From assembly GCF_009914755.1 (NCBI RefSeq), contig NC_060935.1: DNA of 64,000 nt. One strand, 5' to 3'. Below, piece after piece: positions 53,601-64,000 of the stretch. The notes below the pieces were generated by a model, which was not told the DNA's origin, did not search any database, and was given only the letters and a program-made list of their open reading frames with translations. Each line of letters begins with the position of its first letter. Position 1 is the first letter of the stretch. This DNA is from the human T2T-CHM13v2.0 reference genome, Homo sapiens. The position numbers were made by a program, and so were the translations under genes.

Positions 53601-56600
53601 AGGAAGGAAAGGAGTTGTTTTGTAGAAAGGATTGAGGTTTGGGAGATTAGTCAGACATGATCAGCAGGGAGAGCACGTGTGTTCTTATGAGAATTATGCC
53701 GAGATAGGTAACAGATGAGGAAGAAATTTGGGCTTGACTGAAGTAATGGGGGCTATCTGTAAAGCCTTGTGGCAGTACAGCCCAGGTAATTTGCTGAGCC
53801 TGATGGGTGTCAGGGTCAGTCTAAGTGAAAGCGAAGAGAGGCTGGGATGAAGGGTGCAAAGGAATAGTAAGGAAAGCATGTTTGAGATCCAGAACAGAAT
53901 AATGAGTTGTGGAGGGAGATATTGAGGATAGGAGAGTATATGGATTTGGCACCACGGGGTGGATAGGGAAAACAATTTAGTTGATAAGGCTCAGATCTTG
54001 AACTAACCTGTAAGGCTTGTCTGGTTCTAGGACAGATAAAATGGAATTGTAAGGAGAGTTTATAGGCTTTAAAAGGCCATGCTGTAGCAGGCAAGTGATA
54101 ACAGGCTTTAATCTTTTTAAAGCACACTGCAGGATGGGATATTGGCGTTGAGTGGGGTAAGGGTGATTAGGTTTTAATGAGATGGTAAGGGGCTCATGAT
54201 CGGTTGCCAAGGACGGAGTAGAGGTATCCTATACTTGTTGGTTAAGGTGGGGGGATACAAAAGGAGGATGCAAAGGAGGCTTTGGATTGGGAAGAAGGGT
54301 GGCAATGAGATGTGGCTGTATCCCAGGAATAGTCAGGGAAGCAGATAATTTAGTTAAAGTGTCTCGGCCTAATAAGGGAACTGGGCAGGTGGGTATAACT
54401 AAAAAGGAGTGCTTAAAAAGTATTGTCTAAGTTGGCACCAGAATTGGGGAGTTTTAAGAGGTTTAGAAGCCTGGCCATCAATACCCACAACAGTTATGGA
54501 GGCAAGGGAAACAGGCCCTTGAAAAGAAGGTAATGTGGAATGGGTATCCTCCATATTGATTAAGAAGGGGACGGACTTACCTTCCACTGTGAGAGTTACC
54601 TGAAGCTCGGCATCTGTTATGGTCTAGGGGGCTTCCAAGGCCATCTGGCAGCATTAATCTTCAGCCCCTAAGCTGAGAAGATCTGGGAAGGAGTCGGTCA
54701 GAGAGCCTCAGGCCAGAGTTCCAGGGGCTCTGGGAGTGGCTACTAGGTGAGTTGAACAGTCCAATTTTCAGTGGGGTCCTGCACAGATGGGACATGGCTT
54801 AGGAGGAATCCCGGGCTTAGGAGGAATTCCTTGACCTGGTGGCCAGATTTCTGGCACTTGTAGCAAGCTCCTGGGGGAGGTGGGCCTGGAGGAACATCTG
54901 GCCACTGTGGTTTAGGCATTTGGAAGTTCTTGTGTGCTGGAGATGTGGCTGGGGTTTGTCTCACAGTGGAGGCAAAGAATTGCAACTCAGAAATATGTTG
55001 CTACTTGGCTGCCTCCACTCTATTATTGTACACCTTGAAGGTGAGGTTAATTAAGTCCTGTTGTGGGGTTTGAGGGCCAGAATTTAATTTTTGGAGTTTT
55101 ATTTAATGTTGGGAGGATATTGGGTAATAAAATGTATATTGAGAATAAGACGGCCTTTTGACCTTTTATGGTGTAGGGCTGTAAAGCATCTCAGGGTTGC
55201 TGCCAAATGAGCCATGAACTGGGCTGTGTTTTTATATTTGATGAAAAAGAGCCTAAATGCTCTCCAATTTGGGATAAAGAAAAAGAAGCATTAACCTTGA
55301 CTATGCCTTTAGCTCCAGCCACCTTTTTAAGAGGAAATTGCTGGGCAGGTGGGGGTGGGCTACTCATGGAATGAAAATGTAAGCCTGACAGGGTGTGAGG
55401 TGGGGAGGTGATAAAAGGATTATAGGGTGGAGGAGCGGAGGCTAAGGAAGAATTGGGACCTAGCTCAGTCTGGCAAGGAGGGGAGAGGTCAGATGGGTCT
55501 GTAGAAAAGGAAGATTAGAAAGACTCAGTGACACTTGGGGTTGGGACTGAGGGGACAGGTGGGAGGGAAAGAAGGAAGATTCGGGACAAATTGCATTGGG
55601 AACAGAGACTAGGGAAGGACTGATGTGTAAAAGAAGGCCTGGGTGTCAGGCACCTCAGACCATTTACCCATTTTATGACAAGAATTATCTAGATCTTGTA
55701 GGATGGAAAAATCGAAAGTGCCATTTTCTGGCTATTTGGAACCACTGTCGAGTTTGTATTGGAGTCAAGTGGCATTGCAGAAGAAAATAAGGCATTTAGG
55801 TTTTAGGTCAGGTGTGAGTTGAAGAGGTTTTAGGTTTTTAAGAACACAGGCTAAGGGAGAAGAAGGGGGAATGGAGGGTGGAAGCTTGCCTATAGTGAAG
55901 GGGGCAAGCCCGGACAAAAGAGTAGAGACACGGAGGGAAGGGGTTTGGGGGTTCTTAACCTCCAGAAAATTAGGAAAGGGGTCAGGGCGTGGAAATAAGG
56001 GGTTGGGGTGCAGAGATAAGTGGTCAGGGAGCAGAAATAAGGGATCGGGGTGCAGAGATAGAGGTTGGGGCACAGATATAAGTGATCAGGGCACAGAGAT
56101 AAGGGGTCAGGGCGTGGAAATAAGGCATTGGGGGGTTCTTGCTCCCCCAGAAAAGCAGAGAAGGGGTAGAGACAGGGAGCGAAGGGGTCGGGGGTTCTTT
56201 CCCCTCCCCCAGAAAAGCGGGACTTGCCACTAAGGGTGAAGGACCAAGGCAGGCGTCCCTGCGTGGTCAGACACCTCTGAAACGTGGGTGAATAATCAGA
56301 GAGGCGTCCCTGCAATGATTAAACACCAAGGGAAGGCTGCCTTCCCAAGTCCGTGACTGGCGCCAGAGTTTTGGGTCCGTGGATAAAGTATGTCTCCTTT
56401 GTCTCTACCAGAAAATGAGAGGAATTGGAATTAAGAGAAGGGAGAGATTGAAGGGTGGCACCAAGACGGAAAGGAGAAAGTGGTTGAGGGATAGTGAGAG
56501 AGATTGGAGAAGAGAGTAAGAAGAGGCCGCTTACCTGACCTAAAATTGGTGAGATGTTCCTTGGGCTGGTGGGTCTGAGGACCCGAGGTCATAGGTGGAT

Positions 56601-57042
56601 CTTTTTCACGGAGCAAAGAGCAGGAGGACAAGGGATTGATCTCCCAAGGGAGGTCCCCCGATCTGAGTCATGGCACCAAATTTCACTCGTGTCCGTGTGA
56701 ACAGACCACCAAACAGGCTTTCTGTGAGCAACAAGGCTGTTTATTTCACCTGGGTGTAGGCGGGCTGAGTCTGAAAAGAGAGTCAGTGAAGGGAGATGGG
56801 GTGGGGCCATTTTATAAGGTTTGGGTAGGTAAAGGAAAATTACAGTCAAAGGGGGGTTGTTCTCTGATGGGCAGTAGTGGGGGTCACAAGGTACTCAGTG
56901 GGGGAGCTTTTGAGCCAGGATGAGCCAGGAGAAGGAATTTCACCAGACAGTGTCATCAGTTAAGGCAGGAACTGGCCATCTGGATGTGTACGTGCAGGTA
57001 ACAGGGGATATGATGGCTTAGCTTGGACTCAGAGGCCTGACA
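50679..57042 (-). mobile_element. HERV-H provirus 3 (~6.4 kb, most complete of the three)
   Basis: 5' LTR 56681-57042, His PBS 56661-56678, splice donor (cttac on + strand at 56530-56534), gag/pro/pol/IN remnants, 3' LTR 50679-51034; TSD atcat/attat with one mismatch. Confidence 0.97.
52462..52587 (-). repeat. 63-bp in-frame tandem duplication in the HERV-H RNase H region
   Basis: Two units at 52462-52524 and 52525-52587; ORF shows NAYADKVARQ twice. Confidence 0.95.
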
Positions 57043-57631
57043 ATTATGTGGAGGTGATAATGCCCACATCACAAAGTTGTAATGGTAAAATGAGATAATA
57101 CACCTTAAGTTCTGTGCCCAGCACAGAGAAAGTTCTTGGTAACTTCTTTTCATTCCTTTTTCTTCCGCCTCTCTCCCCCTCCCCCATTGTCACATAAGGC
57201 TGACACAGTGCTTTTGAGTAGCTTCACTTTGAGAATAGTCCATCCACTCTTAAAAGTCTTCTGTTCCTCCTGTCATCTGACAAGCAAATTCCTGCATTCA
57301 TACTTGCTGAGAAGTCCTTCCAGATGCTATCATTGGCTTTTGGCAGAGTAACTCATTCCCAATGTGGAGTGTCAGGGCAGGTGACTCAGGTGGTAGGCAG
57401 GTGGCTGTCTGTTTGCCCATCAGGCCAGCTTTCTGGCCCTTTCCTAGTAATCACTGCTCTCCAGACCAGAGCCTTCGTTCACTTTCACCAAGCCCGTCTG
57501 GCTAGCAGTAAAGGACACTGAACTAGGCAAGCTGAGCCTGAGTGTGAGGCCAGCTCTGCCTCCAGCTGTGCAGTCATAGGGGCATCACTGCTTTCCTGGG
57601 CCCTGATTTATTCACCTTTAAAATGGGAAAG

Positions 57632-57947
57632 TAGCCAGGTGCACTGGCTCAAGCCTGTAATCCCAGCACTTTGGGAGGCTGAGGTGGGTGGATCACCTGA
57701 GGTCAGGAGTTCAAGACCAGCTTGGCCAACATGGTGAAACCCTGTCTCTACTGAAAATACAAAAATTAGCCAGGTATGGTGGTGTGTGCCTGTAATCCCA
57801 ACTACTTGGGAGGCTGAGGCAGAAGAATCACTTGACCCCAGGAGGTGGAGGTTGCCATAAGCTGAGATCCCGCCATTGCAGCCCAGCTTGGGCTACAGAG
57901 GGAGACTCTGTCTCCAAAAACAAAATAAAATAAAAAATAAAATAAAA
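57632..57947 (+). mobile_element. Alu (AluS-like) within a MIR
   Basis: Full Alu with (TAAAA)n tail; flanks aaaatgggaaagt / aaaatggggaagt resemble a TSD. Confidence 0.92.
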
Positions 57948-58574
57948 TGGGGAAGTAAATGGCCTTGTCTCTTTCAAATGGTTGTCATAAAGATCAGTGA
58001 CTAACTATGATTATGACAACTGAGACTAGCTGAGTGCTTCCTGTGTAGCAGGCAATTTTCATGGGTTTCTCACAACAGCTCTCTGAATGTGAGAGAGGCA
58101 GGTGCTGTTGTTAGTGTCACGTTTCAGTGAGAAAATTTGTCCTGGGAGATGTTAAGTCCCTTATACAAGATCACATGACTAGTAAAGAATGGAGTCAGGA
58201 TTTGAACCCAGGTCTGCTCTTAGGTCAGTGCTGTGACTCGTGACATTGTATTGTCGCTTTGTCATCCTTCACATTGCAAGCCAAGGATTGCCTCCTCAGT
58301 CTGTACAGTGGAAATAACCAGTCCCGTGTTTAAGTCTATTGATCAAGTATTTTATAGAATTTTGCAACCCACCTCTCCACCTTGGAGTTGTCAGAGATTG
58401 GCTGGGTTTTTAAGTTTAAAGATGATGCCACCAAGCTATTTGCTTACTATCAGAGATATTCCTTTTCCTCCTTTTCTGCTATTTGCTTTTTTGTTTTGTT
58501 TTGTTTTCATCATTGAAGTTAGTGGCTCTCTTATCAAAAAATATTTCTCTCCAATCTATTTTCTTCATAGTTGA

Positions 58575-58745
58575 TTTAGTTTTGTAAACCATGTGTTGCA
58601 GATTTTAACATGCATGGAATCACTGGGGAATCTTGTGAAAATGCAGAATCTGATTCAGTAGATATGGTTAGGGCCTAAGATTCTGCATTGTAACAAGCTC
58701 CAGGTGATACTCATGCCTCTGGTCCCAGATCACATTTAGAGGTGC
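58575..58745. mobile_element. MER5A-type DNA transposon
   Basis: gaatcactgggga...aaaatgcagaatctgattcagtag...tctgcatt.taacaagctccaggtgat. Confidence 0.75.
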
Positions 58746-60381
58746 CCATTCATGGAGACATAGGACTGGGTGATGTTTCTAGTGTTGCAGAGAGCTCTGT
58801 GAGCAGTTAACAGAGGGGAAGGGGACATAGAATGTGGGTATAAACGTCTGCAGGCTCCCAAGGTAGGCTGGCACCAAGGCCAAACTCTTGCCCCTGCTCT
58901 GTGATGCTCTGTTTCCAATGGAACATAATTACAAAACAGAACTTTCCTGTCCCAGGACACACAGAACATACTTTTGTTGTGCACCACATTATAATGTGAT
59001 AAGGGAGTCAGGCAAACCAGTCATTAGGGACTGCACTAGAAGTCTCTTCTTGTGGACTTGCTTCAGATTATTGGGTGAAATGCACAACTTCAATAATGGT
59101 AGCCCGGGGGTTGTTGCACTATTCAGTCTCATTTCCTTTTACAGTCAGTAACTTATCCCTGTGCATTGATCCCTCACTCCAGGAAAGTGCTGAGCCACAT
59201 TTCTGACAGTGTTGACCTTTGTCTGAAACGCTGGACAAAATTTCAGGGAGTAAGGTGATTAACTAAAAATGGATTTGGAGATTATCTATGGGTTTCAATG
59301 TCAAGATCATCTCTGACACTAAACAACTGAGAAGTTGTTCTGTAAAATACCAAGGCAATTATAGGCTCAATACATCAATTTTTCTCTTTCAACCACCCCT
59401 CTTTCTAAGTCTTGTTAAGATGTTTCCTGGGTTGATAAAATAGGAACATACTTACCTCATAAAGTTGAAAGTTGAGTTTAACCTCCCCTTTAGTTCCTAT
59501 TGCATGTTTTTGATTTAAGCATCCAGGTCAGGAAACTACCCCTTCCAAGGGAATAAAACCCTGCTTATGATTCTAAGTAATGTGTGTAATGCTTGAAATT
59601 ATTTCAGAAAAGAAGGCCTCATTGCACCATTTTGCTTTGAAGCAGATCTTTGATGCATCGAATAGTCTGTGTATTGCAGAGAAAACAGAAACTCTCCATT
59701 GCTCTAGTTTCTCCTGTGAGTACCTGGTTTGTCCTTCATCCTGACCAATTACCCAAGTTGTTTCTTGCTTCCTGATAATTCTTGCCACTTGTTAGGAATG
59801 GTGGTTCTGGATGACTAACCTCCCCATATCTTCTGCCTACCTTGCCTACCACTGTTTGTTCACCTGGCAAGTTAGTCTGTGCTAACCTGTCATCTTCACC
59901 TCTCCCCCAGGGATGGGGTGGGATCCCAACTGTTATTGGTAGACAATTCAAGTGGCCAGTGGGATTGGGTAGGGGTATCAGGAGGCTGACAGATTCAGGA
60001 ACACCACAGAAGAGACTTAGTTTTGCCATACAGGCTCTTCCAAGGGTATGAGCAAATGAGCAGCTGCACATCTGATTTCTGGATGTCAACGTCACTTGTT
60101 TGGAGTGGAGTCTTTATGCACTTACTGGTCTGTTTTAGAGCATCTGTGTTTTAACTATCTTTTTAAAATAGGTTTCTGCTACTAGGTTTACATTCCTTGA
60201 AAAGACAGAGAGTGCTCTGAGCATTTGTTATTTCATTTTCTACTTTACCATCTTAATAGATCCTGGCTCCTAGCAAGTGTTTATTGTTTGCTGACCAAAT
60301 GTGTAAGGAATGATAACTAGATAAATAAATAATTTAAAAAGCCAGCTTTTTGGAAATGTTTTCCTTGTGTGGTAATTTTAA

Positions 60382-61017
<636 letters not shown>

Positions 61018-63639
61018 AGCCTCTATAACTTTTTACTCTGAAGAATTTCAGGTAGTCAAGAGTGTTTATCCAAATGTTGAGGAAAAGGACTGCAGACTAG
61101 AAGCCAGATTTGTTGGCTCAAGTAAATTAGGATGAGTGATGTTATAAGAAACCAGTTGGGAAACCAAGTGGAGAGAGTTCCTCACCACAAGGGTTATTCA
61201 TACCAGAAGGGCCAGATGACGGAGCATGGTGGCATGCACAATTTCTGCTGAAAGGTTACTAATGATATCAAAGACACAGGTGTGGCTTGCAAAAATCCAA
61301 CAATCCAATTAGGATCCAACCTTTTAGCTTGTTGGTTTCATATTTTTGTTAGAGAAATCAACTGTTCTCTCTGAGGGACTAATTCTGTTACTAAGAAACT
61401 GTTCATTGTAATTTGCTATGAAGAGCTATAAGAATTTGAAATTTTTAATGCCTGCTTAAAAGAAAGTATTTTTCTTCCTTTCCTCGTCTTTCAGATTGAA
61501 ATAGAGTCGATTATGTTTTGCTAGAATGAAGCCTGTTCTGTATCTTTGGCTTATGGTATGGATGTTAGTTTTCTGCTGTTCAAAATTCACACAGCTCATC
61601 CTTCTGAAGTCTTGAAGAGGAGTTGTTACCTAATTCAATCGTCTACACAAGACAGGGACCCAGAACTGGAAGGACAGGCCTTAAGCGGGTGGGAGAGAAC
61701 TAGTGTCTCTCATGGGCCTTGCTTTTTGGGCTTTGATCAGTTTAGACCAGTGAGGTTCTACTGATGCCTTATATTGAGATGTGAAGCATGTTGCAAATCA
61801 TTTGTCCTTTGAAGTTTACAATTAAGGAGTAATCAAAGCCACACTGAGTCATTTCCATTTGTATTCTAGCCTGTGATGGAGACAGTAGGCACCTAATGTA
61901 GCAGGTGCTGAGTCAAGCATGGATACAGCGCCTCTCAGGTGTGCTGCAACAGAGGAAAGGGTCTGACGTCTGGTCTAGCTATGCTTGAGGGACTCCTGGG
62001 AGGCTGGGGAAAGATAGCCTGTGTCTTTCATGTCAGCAAGCCAGGGGCTGCGCACTAAGCTCCTACCATAAATCAGAATATCTTTTATTTCCCTTTTGCT
62101 ATCCCCAGGCTTTAGCGAAGTTTACCCACGTTTTCTAGCTTTGTCCTAAGAGTGCTAAGGGGCATTAGGGACAAGGCCTGGACTTGATGCTTTGGCTGTA
62201 ACACTAGAGAGGGAAGGGGATCAGTCTAATGATAGCTATGGTGCCTTCTGAGATGTCCCTAAGGGAAAGGTGACAGAGAACAGAAATTGGGGTTATTATC
62301 TATAGAACACATCCTCCCTTGACAACTTTAAAGATGACAGGTCTCACTGTGGCTGTCTGTACAGATGTTACCTAGCTTTGTGCCTTGGTGAGGCTTTTAA
62401 ATTCTGTCACTGGGTGTATGGCCTCAGAGTATCTACAGAGATCACAGGTTCATAACTAGCCCCTCTTAGGTTCAGAGATGTGTCAGCCACTTCTAGCTTT
62501 TGAGACTTCTAGCATGATCGTGGTTTAAAAACTGTTTTGCAGACATGAAACAGGACACAGAGAAAAGCTGAATGCTCTTCTAGCTTCTTATGAACACATC
62601 CATTATTGAAGTGAATCTGGCTTTGTGTACAGTTGTCACCATTAATATTAAACCAGGTGAGACTGTGCAAATGTTGAAAATTGCATAATTGTCAAAATTT
62701 GAGGTCCACACGTCTTGCAGCCTCAGTCAATGTCTTCTTATACCATGTCTGAGAGTCTTTGTTCACTACCCAGCACCAAGGACAGCTTTAGGACACCTGG
62801 CAGATTCCTGATGGCCAGGATGGTATGAACAACTAGTCTGGCTTCCCAAATGGCTGATTCAGTTATATGGTAGTTTATCATGAAACAAAGCATAATCCAA
62901 AGCAATTGCTTTGATGCAAAATTTCACCTCTTTCATGAGTAGAATTTGTTTTGGTTCTCTAGCTGTGAAACCTGGCTAAATGTCAATATGACAAGGCATG
63001 TATTTAACCTGAAGTGAAAAATTTAGAACATTATCTGGCAGATCCAGATTCCCAAACCCAACATTTTTGATATGGTCAAATCTTTGGAGCTCCAGGGTGT
63101 ATAAGACAATGATACCTCCTCCCCAGTTTATGCCTTTCTTTGCATAATGTTTCAGATAAGAAAAAAATCATTTTTCTGTATCCTTAATATCTTCTGGAAT
63201 CCCACAGTTTGACACTGGGAAATTGATTTTTCCCCTCACATAGCTGTGAGCATCTTTAAAAATCTATCTTTTAATACATTGTTCACTTTTGGAAAAATCC
63301 CGATTGAAAGCAGGCAAGATGGTAACCAAATATTTAAGAATATGCAAAAACAGCACTTTCACTTCCTCTCAGCAGTGCCAATACTTCTCAGGGCATACCC
63401 ACCCTAATTGCATTTTAGCTCTGGAATCAGAGACAAAATTGATAAAAATAGACATGAGTGATTCTATTCCTTATGAAATAAGACAAATTATGCTTTGGGA
63501 GAAAATCATTTGCCATAAAGTATAAAATGTTTTAATATTTATATCTTATAATAAAACCATGACATGTTTATAAACACTCTATCAGGCATTTTTACAATGG
63601 GGCCACCCACCGCTGACAACTAGAAACGCAATAAATATG

Positions 63640-63700
63640 CACAGACACACTGAGTATGAAATATACATCTTGATTTTATAATCGTGTGTGCTTTATTTTT
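63640..63700 (-). terminator. Candidate polyadenylation site of a minus-strand transcript entering from the right
   Basis: AATAAA on the minus strand (tttatt at 63692-63697) followed downstream by GU-rich gtgtgtctgtgc, within a stretch lacking obvious repeats. Confidence 0.35.
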
Positions 63701-64000
63701 TACACAAATGGAATGGAAGTGTTGAATATTTACACTTAACAGGAGTGTAAGCTGTGCAGTGTCTCTGTAAACTCCAGCCTAGGCAAGGAGTATTCCCACC
63801 TCCCTCCCATCCTGTGCTACAGCTCGGTGGAGAAACATCCTGTCAGAGAGAAGCACAAAACTGTCATATTGAAAGGATCTAACGGGTACAGCCTGGTGCA
63901 CTCAGAAGTTAAGAAACACTTAGGAAACACAAACTCAAAAAGGAGAGAAGAAAAGTCTGCCATCCCATTGGGAGTCAACCTTGCCACTTGGTTGTCTGTC

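Overview
Repeat-dense primate (human-like) non-coding DNA with no supportable intact host protein-coding exon. Nearly all track ORFs derive from Alu, L1 or HERV-H, or are chance ORFs. The dominant feature is a cluster of three defective HERV-H (LTR7) proviruses within about 30 kb: 27622-32046 (+), 39097-45072 (-) and 50679-57042 (-). Provirus 1 has two LTRs of different subtype and no target-site duplication (TSD), so it looks like a recombinant of two proviruses. Provirus 2 sits inside a solo LTR that itself sits in a MaLR element; it lacks its leader and splice donor and carries a 286-bp non-viral insert in pol. Provirus 3 has an in-frame 63-bp duplication of the RNase H C-terminal motif. 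Other features are a young L1PA2/3-type twin-priming insertion with an about 1-kb internal deletion, a 5'-to-5' fusion of two L1s, many Alu/MIR/L2/MaLR/DNA-transposon relics, and a possible minus-strand gene 3' end at the right edge. Subfamily names are from recalled consensus sequences and need RepeatMasker/Dfam confirmation.
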